Assembly (NCBI GenBank): GCA_964057225.1
Contig: OZ059898.1
Coordinates: 20,460,001-20,524,000 of the forward strand
Source of the DNA: Auanema rhodensis
Taxonomy: Eukaryota > Animalia > Nematoda
Direction: 5' to 3'
Length of the DNA: 64,000 nucleotides
Shown: positions 51,801-64,000 of the stretch, one piece after another
Layout of the letters: each line of letters opens with the position of its first letter
How positions within the stretch are numbered: position 1 is the stretch's first letter
Notes under the pieces: generated by a model
What the model was told of the DNA's origin: nothing
What the model saw: the letters and a program-made list of their open reading frames with translations, nothing else
The model's database searches: none
Program-made: the position numbers and the translations under genes

Positions 51801-54800
51801 AACTTATATCAGTTGATATCTCGGTGCATTTTTAAGCTAGCGCAAATCTGATAACACAGATCGACGCAGCTTAAAAATCCGCATCGAATGCACTATACTA
51901 CATTGAGAAACGCTTAATACAAAAATTAGTTATGATCCTTTGAAAAATGATGCATTAGTGTATGTTGAGTTTCCATGTACACTCAACAATGCTTCCAAAA
52001 ACATTTTGACAAAAATTTTTTCGAAAAATTTCAAAATAATTTAGCAAAAAGTAGATGTTTTTAGATTCCATTTTTCAAGGCAAAGACGATGGACAATGTT
52101 ATTCAACGAAAAAATTAATTCTTCAGGGTGAAAATCGAGGATATAAGTGTGAACTTATATCAGTTGATATCTCGGTGCATTTTTAAGCTAGCGCAAATCT
52201 GATAACACAGATCGACGCAGCTTAAAAATCCGCATCGAATGCACTATACTACATTGAGAAACGCTTAATACAAAAATTAGTTATGATCCTTTGAAAAATG
52301 ATGCATTAGTGTATGTTGAGTTTCCATGTACACTCAACAATGCTTCCAAAAACATTTTGACAAAAATTTTTTCGAAAAATTTCAAAATAATTTAGCAAAA
52401 AGTAGATGTTTTTAGATTCCATTTTTCAAGGCAAAGACGATGGACAATGTTATTCAACGAAAAAATTATTCCTTCAGGGTGAAAATCGAGGATATAAGTG
52501 TGAACTTATATCAGTTGATATCTCGGTGCATTTTTAAGCTAGCGCAAATCTGATAACACAGATCGACGCAGCTTAAAAATCCGCATCGAATGCACTAAAC
52601 TACATTGAGAAACGCTTAATACAGAAATTAGTTATGATCGTTTGAAAAATGATGCATTAGTGTATGTTGAGTTTCCATGTACACTCAACAATGCTTCCAA
52701 AAACATTTTGACAAAAATTTTTTCGAAAAATTTCAAAATAATTTAGCAAAAAGTAGATGTTTTTAGATTCCTTTTTTCAAGGCAAAGACGATGGACAATG
52801 TTATTCAACGAAAAAATTATTCCTTCAGGGTGAAAATCGAGGATATAAGTGTGAACTTATATCAGTTGATATCTCGGTGCATTTTTAAGCTAGCGCAAAT
52901 CTGATAACACAGATCGACGCAGCTTAAAAATCCGCATCGAATGCACTAAACTACATTGAGAAACGCTTGATACAAAAATTAGTTATGATCGTTTGAAAAA
53001 TGATGCATTAGTGTATGTTGAGTTTCCATGTACACTCAACATTGCTTCCAAAAACATTTTGACAAAAATTTTTTCGAAAAATTTCAGAATAATTTAGCAA
53101 AAAGTAGATGTTTTTAGATTCCATTTTTCAAGGCAAAGACGATGGACAATCTTATTCAACGAAAAAATTAATTCTTCAGGGTGAAAATCGAGGATATAAG
53201 TGTGAACTTATATCAGTTGATATCTCGGTGCATTTTTAAGCTAGCGCAAATCTGATAACACAGATCGACGCAGCTTAAAAATCCGCATCGAATGCACTAT
53301 ACTACATTGAGAAACGCTTAATACAAAAATTAGTTATGATCCTTTGAAAAATGATGCATTAGTGTATGTTGAGTTTCCATGTACACTCAACAATGCTTCC
53401 AAAAACATTTTGACAAAAATTTTTTCGAAAAATTTCAAAATAATTTAGCAAAAAGTAGATGTTTTTAGATTCCATTTTTCAAGGCAAAGACGATGGACAA
53501 TGTTATTCAACGAAAAAATTATTCCTTCAGGGTGAAAATCGAGGATATAAGTGTGAACTTATATCAGTTGATATCTCGGTGCATTTTTAAGCTAGCGCAA
53601 ATCTGATAACACAGATCGACGCAGCTTAAAAATCCGCATCGAATGCACTATACTACATTGAGAAACGCTTAATACAAAAATTAGTTATGATCCTTTGAAA
53701 AATGATGCATTAGTGTATGTTGAGTTTCCATGTACACTCAACAATGCTTCCAAAAACATTTTGACAAAAATTTTTTCGAAAAATTTCAAAATAATTTAGC
53801 AAAAAGTAGATGTTTTTAGATTCCATTTTTCAAGGCAAAGACGATGGACAATGTTATTCAACGAAAAAATTATTCCTTCAGGGTGAAAATCGAGGATATA
53901 AGTGTGAACTTATATCAGTTGATATCTCGGTGCATTTTTAAGCTAGCGCAAATCTGATAACACAGATCGACGCAGCTTAAAAATCCGCATCGAATGCACT
54001 AAACTACATTGAGAAACGCTTAATACAGAAATTAGTTATGATCGTTTGAAAAATGATGCATTAGTGTATGTTGAGTTTCCATGTACACTCAACAATGCTT
54101 CCAAAAACATTTTGACAAAAATTTTTTCGAAAAATTTCAAAATAATTTAGCAAAAAGTAGATGTTTTTAGATTCCTTTTTTCAAGGCAAAGACGATGGAC
54201 AATGTTATTCAACGAAAAAATTATTCCTTCAGGGTGAAAATCGAGGATATAAGTGTGAACTTATATCAGTTGATATCTCGGTGCATTTTTAAGCTAGCGC
54301 AAATCTGATAACACAGATCGACGCAGCTTAAAAATCCGCATCGAATGCACTAAACTACATTGAGAAACGCTTGATACAAAAATTAGTTATGATCGTTTGA
54401 AAAATGATGCATTAGTGTATGTTGAGTTTCCATGTACACTTAACATTGCTTCCAAAAACATTTTGACAAAAATTTTTTCGAAAAATTTCAGAATAATTTA
54501 GCAAAAAGTAGATGTTTTTAGATTCCATTTTTCAAGGCAAAGACGATGGACAATGTTATTCAACGAAAAAATTAATTCTTCAGGGTGAAAATCGAGAATA
54601 TAAGTGTGAACTTATATCAGTTGATATCTCGGTGCATTTTTAAGCTAGCGCAAATCTGATAACACAGATCGACGCAGCTTAAAAATCCGCATCGAATGCA
54701 CTAAACTACATTGAGAAACGCTTAATACAGAAATTAGTTATGATCGTTTGAAAAATGATGCATTAGTGTATGTTGAGTTTCCATGTACACTCAACAATGC

Positions 54801-57800
54801 TTCCAAAAACATTTTGACAAAAATTTTTTCGAAAAATTTCAAAATAATTTAGCAAAAAGTAGATGTTTTTAGATTCCTTTTTTCAAGGCAAAAACGATGG
54901 ACAATGTTATTCAACGAAAAAATTATTCCTTCAGGGTGAAAATCGAGGATATAAGTGTGAACTTATATCAGTTGATATCTCGGTGCATTTTTAAGCTAGC
55001 GCAAATCTGATAACACAGATCGACGCAGCTTAAAAATCCGCATCGAATGCACTATACTACATTGAGAAACGCTTAATACAAAAATTAGTTATGATCGTTT
55101 GAAAAATGATGCATTAGTGTATGTTGAGTTTCCATGTACACTCAACATTGCTTCCAAAAACATTTTGACAAAAATTTTTTCGAAAAATTTCAAAATAATT
55201 TAGCAAAAAGTAGATGTTTTTAGATTCCTTTTTTCAAGGCAAAGACGATGGACAATGTTATTCAACGAAAAAATTAATTCTTCAGGGTGAAAATCGAGGA
55301 TATAAGTGTGAACTTATATCAGTTGATATCTCGGTGCATGCATTTTTAAGCTAGCGCAAATCTGATAACACAGATCGACGCAGCTTAAAAATCCGCATCG
55401 AATGCATTATACTACATTGAGAAACGCTTAATACAAAAATTAGTTATGATCCCTTGAAAAATGATGCATTAGTGTATGTTGAGTTTCCATGTACACTCAA
55501 CATTGCTTCCAAAAACATTTTGACAAAAATTTTTTTGAAAAATTTCAGAATAATTTAGCAAAAAGTAGATGTTTTTAGATTCCATTTTTCAAGGCAAAGA
55601 CGATGGACAATGTTATTCAACGAAAAAATTAATTCTTCAGGGTGAAAATCGAGAATATAAGTGTGAACTTATATCAGTTGATATCTCGGTGCATTTTTAA
55701 GCTAGCGCAAATCTGATAACACAGATCGACGCAGCTTAAAAATCCGCATCGAATGCACTATACTACATTGAGAAACGCTTAATACAAAAATTAGTTATGA
55801 TCGTTTGAAAAATGATGCATTAGTGTATGTTGAGTTTCCATGTACACTCAACATTGCTTCCAAAAACATTTTGACAAAAATTTTTTCGAAAAATTTCAGA
55901 ATAATTTAGCAAAAAGTAGAAGTTTTTAGATTCCATTTTTCAAGGCAAAGACGATGGACAATGTTATTCAACGAAAAAATTAATTCTTCAGGGTGAAAAT
56001 CGAGAATATAAGTGTGAACTTATATCAGTTGATATCTCGGTGCATTTTTAAGCTAGCGCAAATCTGATAACACAGATCGACGCAGCTTAAAAATCCGCAT
56101 CGAATGCACTATACTACATTGAGAAACGCTTAATACAAAAATTAGTTATGATCCTTTGAAAAATGATGCATTAGTGTATGTTGAGTTTCCATGTACACTC
56201 AACAATGCTTCCAAAAACATTTTGACAAAAATTTTTTCGAAAAATTTCAAAATAATTTAGCAAAAAGTAGATGTTTTTAGATTCCATTTTTCAAGGCAAA
56301 GACGATGGACAATGTTATTCAACGAAAAAATTAATTCTTCAGGGTGAAAATCGAGGATATAAGTGTGAACTTATATCAGTTGATATCTCGGTGCATTTTT
56401 AAGCTAGCGCAAATCTGATAACACAGATCGACGCAGCTTAAAAATCCGCATCGAATGCACTATACTACATTGAGAAACGCTTAATACAAAAATTAGTTAT
56501 GATCCTTTGAAAAATGATGCATTAGTGTATGTTGAGTTTCCATGTACACTCAACAATGCTTCCAAAAACATTTTGACAAAAATTTTTTCGAAAAATTTCA
56601 AAATAATTTAGCAAAAAGTAGATGTTTTTAGATTCCATTTTTCAAGGCAAAGACGATGGACAATGTTATTCAACGAAAAAATTATTCCTTCAGGGTGAAA
56701 ATCGAGGATATAAGTGTGAACTTATATCAGTTGATATCTCGGTGCATTTTTAAGCTAGCGCAAATCTGATAACACAGATCGACGCAGCTTAAAAATCCGC
56801 ATCGAATGCACTAAACTACATCGAGAAACGCTTAATACAGAAATTAGTTATGATCGTTTGAAAAATGATGCATTAGTGTATGTTGAGTTTCCATGTACAC
56901 TCAACAATGCTTCCAAAAACATTTTGACAAAAATTTTTTCGAAAAATTTCAAAATAATTTAGCAAAAAGTAGATGTTTTTAGATTCCTTTTTTCAAGGCA
57001 AAGACGATGGACAATGTTATTCAACGAAAAAATTATTCCTTCAGGGTGAAAATCGAGGATATAAGTGTGAACTTATATCAGTTGATATCTCGGTGCATTT
57101 TTAAGCTAGCGCAAATCTGATAACACAGATCGACGCAGCTTAAAAATCCGCATCGAATGCACTAAACTACATTGAGAAACGCTTGATACAAAAATTAGTT
57201 ATGATCGTTTGAAAAATGATGCATTAGTGTATGTTGAGTTTCCATGTACACTCAACATTGCTTCCAAAAACATTTTGACAAAAATTTTTTCGAAAAATTT
57301 CAGAATAATTTAGCAAAAAGTAGATGTTTTTAGATTCCATTTTTCAAGGCAAAGACGATGGACAATCTTATTCAACGAAAAAATTAATTCTTCAGGGTGA
57401 AAATCGAGGATATAAGTGTGAACTTATATCAGTTGATATCTCGGTGCATTTTTAAGCTAGCGCAAATCTGATAACACAGATCGACGCAGCTTAAAAATCC
57501 GCATCGAATGCACTATACTACATTGAGCAACGCTTAATACAAAAATTAGTTATGATCCTTTGAAAAATGATGCATTAGTGTATGTTGAGTTTCCATGTAC
57601 ACTCAACAATGCTTCCAAAAACATTTTGACAAAAATTTTTTCGAAAAATTTCAAAATAATTTAGCAAAAAGTAGATGTTTTTAGATTCCATTTTTCAAGG
57701 CAAAGACGATGGACAATGTTATTCAACGAAAAAATTATTCCTTCAGGGTGAAAATCGAGGATATAAGTGTGAACTTATATCAGTTGATATCTCGGTGCAT

Positions 57801-60800
57801 TTTTAAGCTAGCGCAAATCTGATAACACAGATCGACGCAGCTTAAAAATCCGCATCGAATGCACTAAACTACATTGAGAAACGCTTAATACAGAAATTAG
57901 TTATGATCGTTTGAAAAATGATGCATTAGTGTATGTTGAGTTTCCATGTACACTCAACAATGCTTCCAAAAACATTTTGACAAAAATTTTTTCGAAAAAT
58001 TTCAAAATAATTTAGCAAAAAGTAGATGTTTTTAGATTCCTTTTTTCAAGGCAAAGACGATGGACAATGTTATTCAACGAAAAAATTATTCCTTCAGGGT
58101 GAAAATCGAGGATATAAGTGTGAACTTATATCAGTTGATATCTCGGTGCATTTTTAAGCTAGCGCAAATCTGATAACACAGATCGACGCAGCTTAAAAAT
58201 CCGCATCGAATGCACTATACTACATTGAGAAACGCTTAATACAAAAATTAGTTATGATCCTTTGAAAAATGATGCATTAGTGTATGTTGAGTTTCCATGT
58301 ACACTCAACAATGCTTCCAAAAACATTTTGACAAAAATTTTTTAGAAAAATTTCAAAATAATTTAGCAAAAAGTAGATGTTTTTAGATTCCATTTTTCAA
58401 GGCAAAGACGATGGACAATGTTATTCAACGAAAAAATTATTCCTTCAGGGTGAAAATCGAGGATATAAGTGTGAACTTATATCAGTTGATATCTCGGTGC
58501 ATTTTTAAGCTAGCGCAAATCTGATAACACAGATCGACGCAGCTTAAAAATCCGCATCGAATGCACTAAACTACATTGAGAAACGCTTAATACAGAAATT
58601 AGTTATGATCGTTTGAAAAATGATGCATTAGTGTATGTTGAGTTTCCATGTACACTCAACAATGCTTCCAAAAACATTTTGACAAAAATTTTTTCGAAAA
58701 ATTTCAAAATAATTTAGCAAAAAGTAGATGTTTTTAGATTCCTTTTTTCAAGGCAAAGACGATGGACAATGTTATTCAACGAAAAAATTATTCCTTCAGG
58801 GTGAAAATCGAGGATATAAGTGTGAACTTATATCAGTTGATATCTCGGTGCATTTTTAAGCTAGCGCAAATCTGATAACACAGATCGACGCAGCTTAAAA
58901 ATCCGCATCGAATGCACTAAACTACATTGAGAAACGCTTGATACAAAAATTAGTTATGATCGTTTGAAAAATGATGCATTAGTGTATGTTGAGTTTCCAT
59001 GTACACTCAACATTGCTTCCAAAAACATTTTGACAAAAATTTTTTCGAAAAATTTCAGAATAATTTAGCAAAAAGTAGATGTTTTTAGATTCCATTTTTC
59101 AAGGCAAAGACGATGGACAATGTTATTCAACGAAAAAATTAATTCTTCAGGGTGAAAATCGAGGATATAAGTGTGAACTTATATCAGTTGATATCTCGGT
59201 GCATTTTTAAGCTAGCGCAAATCTGATAACACAGATCGACGCAGCTTAAAAATCCGCATCGAATGCACTAAACTACATTGAGAAACGCTTGATACAAAAA
59301 TTAGTTATGATCGTTTGAAAAATGATGCATTAGTGTATGTTGAGTTTCCATGTACACTCAACATTGCTTCCAAAAACATTTTGACAAAAATTTTTTCGAA
59401 AAATTTCAGAATAATTTAGCAAAAAGTAGATGTTTTTAGATTCCATTTTTCAAGGCAAAGACGATGGACAATGTTATTCAACGAAAAAATTATTCCTTCA
59501 GGGTGAAAATCGAGGATATAAGTGTGAACTTATATCAGTTGATATCTCGGTGCATTTTTAAGCTAGCGCAAATCTGATAACACAGATCGACGCAGCTTAA
59601 AAATCCGCATCGAATGCACTAAACTACATTGAGAAACGCTTAATACAGAAATTAGTTATGATCGTTTGAAAAATGATGCATTAGTGTATGTTGAGTTTCC
59701 ATGTACACTCAACAATGCTTCCAAAAACATTTTGACAAAAATTTTTTCGAAAAATTTCAAAATAATTTAGCAAAAAGTAGATGTTTTTAGATTCCTTTTT
59801 TCAAGGCAAAGACGATGGACAATGTTATTCAACGAAAAAATTATTCCTTCAGGGTGAAAATCGAGGATATAAGTGTGAACTTATATCAGTTGATATCTCG
59901 GTGCATTTTTAAGCTAGCGCAAATCTGATAACACAGATCGACGCAGCTTAAAAATCCGCATCGAATGCACTAAACTACATTGAGAAACGCTTGATACAAA
60001 AATTAGTTATGATCGTTTGAAAAATGATGCATTAGTGTATGTTGAGTTTCCATGTACACTCAACATTGCTTCCAAAAACATTTTGACAAAAATTTTTTCG
60101 AAAAATTTCAGAATAATTTAGCAAAAAGTAGATGTTTTTAGATTCCATTTTTCAAGGCAAAGACGATGGACAATGTTATTCAACGAAAAAATTAATTCTT
60201 CAGGGTGAAAATCGAGGATATAAGTGTGAACTTATATCAGTTGATATCTCGGTGCATTTTTAAGCTAGCGCAAATCTGATAACACAGATCGACGCAGCTT
60301 AAAAATCCGCATCGAATGCACTAAACTACATTGAGAAACGCTTGATACAAAAATTAGTTATGATCGTTTGAAAAATGATGCATTAGTGTAGGTTGAGTTT
60401 CCATGTACACTCAACATTGCTTCCAAAAACATTTTGACAAAAATTTTTTCGAAAAATTTCAAAATAATTTAGCAAAAAGTAGATGTTTTTAGATTCCTTT
60501 TTTCAAGGCAAAGACGATGGACAATGTTATTCAACGAAAAAATTAATTCTTCAGGGTGAAAATCGAGAATATAAGTGTGAACTTATATCAGTTGATATCT
60601 CGGTGCATTTTTAAGCTAGCGCAAATCTGATAACACAGATCGACGCAGCTTAAAAATCCGCATCGAATGCACTATACTACATTGAGAAACGCTTAATACA
60701 AAAATTAGTTATGATCGTTTGAAAAATGATGCATTAGTGTATGTTGAGTTTCCATGTACACTCAACATTGCTTCCAAAAACATTTTGACAAAAATTTTTT

Positions 60801-63800
60801 CGAAAAATTTCAAAATAATTTAGCAAAAAGTAGATGTTTTTAGATTCCTTTTTTCAAGGCAAAGACGATGGACAATGTTATTCAACGAAAAAATTAATTC
60901 TTCAGGGTGAAAATCGAGGATATAAGTGTGAACTTATATCAGTTGATATCTCGGTGCATGCATTTTTAAGCTAGCGCAAATCTGATAACACAGATCGACG
61001 CAGCTTAAAAATCCGCATCGAATGCACTATACTACATTGAGAAACGCTTAATACAAAAATTAGTTATGATCCCTTGAAAAATGATGCATTAGTGTATGTT
61101 GAGTTTCCATGTACACTCAACATTGCTTCCAAAAACATTTTGACAAAAATTTTTTCGAAAAATTTCAGAATAATTTAGCAAAAAGTAGATGTTTTTAGAT
61201 TCCATTTTTCAAGGCAAAGACGATGGACAATGTTATTCAACGAAAAAATTAATTCTTCAGGGTGAAAATCGAGAATATAAGTGTGAACTTATATCAGTTG
61301 ATATCTCGGTGCATTTTTAAGCTAGCGCAAATCTGATAACACAGATCGACGCAGCTTAAAAATCCGCATCGAATGCACTATACTACATTGAGAAACGCTT
61401 AATACAAAAATTAGTTATGATCCTTTGAAAAATGATGCATTAGTGTATGTTGAGTTTCCATGTACACTCAACAATGCTTCCAAAAACATTTTGACAAAAA
61501 TTTTTTCGAAAAATTTCAAAATAATTTAGCAAAAATTAGATGTTTTTAGATTCCATTTTTCAAGGCAAAGACGATGGACAATGTTATTCAACGAAAAAAT
61601 TAATTCTTCAGGGTGAAAATCGAGGATATAAGTGTGAACTTATATCAGTTGATATCTCGGTGCATTTTTAAGCTAGCGCAAATCTGATAACACAGATCGA
61701 CGCAGCTTAAAAATCCGCATCGAATGCACTAAACTACATTGAGAAACGCTTAATACAGAAATTAGTTATGATCGTTTGAAAAATGATGCATTAGTGTATG
61801 TTGAGTTTCCATGTACACTCAACAATGCTTCCAAAAACATTTTGACAAAAATTTTTTCGAAAAATTTCAAAATAATTTAGCAAAAAGTAGATGTTTTTAG
61901 ATTCCTTTTTTCAAGGCAAAGACGATGGACAATGTTATTCAACGAAAAAATTATTCCTTCAGGGTGAAAATCGAGGATATAAGTGTGAACTTATATCAGT
62001 TGATATCTCGGTGCATTTTTAAGCTAGCGCAAATCTGATAACACAGATCGACGCAGCTTAAAAATCCGCATCGAATGCACTTAACTACATTGAGAAACGC
62101 TTGATACAAAAATTAGTTATGATCGTTTGAAAAATGATGCATTAGTGTATGTTGAGTTTCCATGTACACTCAACATTGCTTCCAAAAACATTTTGACAAA
62201 AATTTTTTCGAAAAATTTCAGAATAATTTAGCAAAAAGTAGATGTTTTTAGATTCCATTTTTCAAGGCAAAGACGATGGACAATGTTATTCAACGAAAAA
62301 ATTAATTCTTCAGGGTGAAAATCGAGGATATAAGTGTGAACTTATATCAGTTGATATCTCGGTGCATTTTTAAGCTAGCGCAAATCTGATAACACAGATC
62401 GACGCAGCTTAAAAATCCGCATCGAATGCACTAAACTACATTGAGAAACGCTTGATACAAAAATTAGTTATGATCGTTTGAAAAATGATGCATTAGTGTA
62501 TGTTGAGTTTCCATGTACACTCAACATTGCTTCCAAAAACATTTTGACAAAAATTTTTTCGAAAAATTTCAGAATAATTTAGCAAAAAGTAGATGTTTTT
62601 AGATTCCATTTTTCAAGGCAAAGACGATGGACAATGTTATTCAACGAAAAAATTAATTCTTCAGGGTGAAAATCGAGGATATAAGTGTGAACTTATATCA
62701 GTTGATATCTCGGTGCATTTTTAAGCTAGCGCAAATCTGATAACACAGATCGACGCAGCTTAAAAATCCGCATCGAATGCACTAAACTACATTGAGAAAC
62801 GCTTAATACAGAAATTAGTTATGATCGTTTGAAAAATGATGCATTAGTGTATGTTGAGTTTCCATGTACACTCAACAATGCTTCCAAAAACATTTTGACA
62901 AAAATTTTTTCGAAAAATTTCAAAATAATTTAGCAAAAAGTAGATGTTTTTAGATTCCTTTTTTCAAGGCAAAGACGATGGACAATGTTATTCAACGAAA
63001 AAATTATTCCTTCAGGGTGAAAATCGAGGATATAAGTGTGAACTTATATCAGTTGATATCTCGGTGCATTTTTAAGCTAGCGCAAATCTGATAACACAGA
63101 TCGACGCAGCTTAAAAATCCGCATCGAATGCACTATACTACATTGAGAAACGCTTAATACAAAAATTAGTTATGATCGTTTGAAAAATGATGCATTAGTG
63201 TATGTTGAGTTTCCATGTACACTCAACAATGCTTCCAAAAACATTTTGACAAAAATTTTTTCGAAAAATTTCAAAATAATTTAGCAAAAAGTAGATGTTT
63301 TTAGATTCCATTTTTCAAGGCAAAGACGATGGACAATGTTATTCAACGAAAAAATTATTCCTTCAGGGTGAAAATCGAGGATATAAGTGTGAACTTATAT
63401 CAGTTGATATCTCGGTGCATTTTTAAGCTAGCGCAAATCTGATAACACAGATCGACGCAGCTTAAAAATCCGCATCGAATGCACTAAACTACATTGAGAA
63501 ACGCTTAATACAGAAATTAGTTATGATCGTTTGAAAAATGATGCATTAGTGTATGTTGAGTTTCCATGTACACTCAACAATGCTTCCAAAAACATTTTGA
63601 CAAAAATTTTTTCGAAAAATTTCAAAATAATTTAGCAAAAAGTAGATGTTTTTAGATTCCTTTTTTCAAGGCAAAGACGATGGACAATGTTATTCAACGA
63701 AAAAATTATTCCTTCAGGGTGAAAATCGAGGATATAAGTGTGAACTTATATCAGTTGATATCTCGGTGCATTTTTAAGCTAGCGCAAATCTGATAACACA

Positions 63801-64000
63801 GATCGACGCAGCTTAAAAATCCGCATCGAATGCACTAAACTACATTGAGAAACGCTTGATACAAAAATTAGTTATGATCGTTTGAAAAATGATGCATTAG
63901 TGTATGTTGAGTTTCCATGTACACTCAACATTGCTTCCAAAAACATTTTGACAAAAATTTTTTCGAAAAATTTCAGAATAATTTAGCAAAAAGTAGATGT
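3822..64000. repeat. 351-bp AT-rich tandem satellite array, 171 full monomers plus a 147-bp partial, continuing beyond the window
   Basis: The monomer start GCTT(A/G)ATAC occurs at 4173 through 63854 (the first copy at 3822 reads GCTTAAAAC). 63854-3822 = 171x351 + 11, matching the indels seen: -1 near 5031, -1 near 5732, +1 near 13460, and +4 at 51121, 55337 and 60957. All copies are head-to-tail and differ at a small set of recurrent sites. Confidence 0.99.

Noticed and set aside
2583-64000. CRISPR array
   Set aside because: Whole monomers repeat with no unique spacers, there are no cas genes, and the context is eukaryotic.
3822-64000. Tandem 5S rRNA, tRNA, snRNA or SL RNA gene array
   Set aside because: I recognised no 5S, tRNA cloverleaf, spliced-leader or Sm-site architecture in the monomer on either strand.

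Overview
The window is eukaryotic repetitive DNA, most likely from a nematode (inferred from the element type), and has four parts. (1) Positions 1-2582 are the 3' end of an env-bearing Bel/Pao-type LTR retrotransposon (endogenous belpaovirus). An ORF open from the window edge (2-2119) encodes a phlebovirus Gc-like class II fusion glycoprotein, three hydrophobic segments and an unexplained in-frame ~248-aa C-terminal extension. A 449-bp TGT...ACA LTR with TATATAA and AATAAA follows. (2) The LTR abuts ~6.7 copies of a palindrome-rich 176-bp satellite (2583-3755). (3) A 67-bp inverted piece of that satellite lies at 3755-3821. (4) A highly homogeneous 351-bp satellite array (171 full monomers plus a partial one) runs from 3822 off the end of the window, with layered variant domains and local 3-, 4-, 5- and 12-mer duplications. 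The 63-aa ORFs in the array are by-products of a TAG>CAG variant. The most promising novelty is the Gc-like env fused to an orphan C-terminal domain, in an apparently intact element inserted into satellite DNA.
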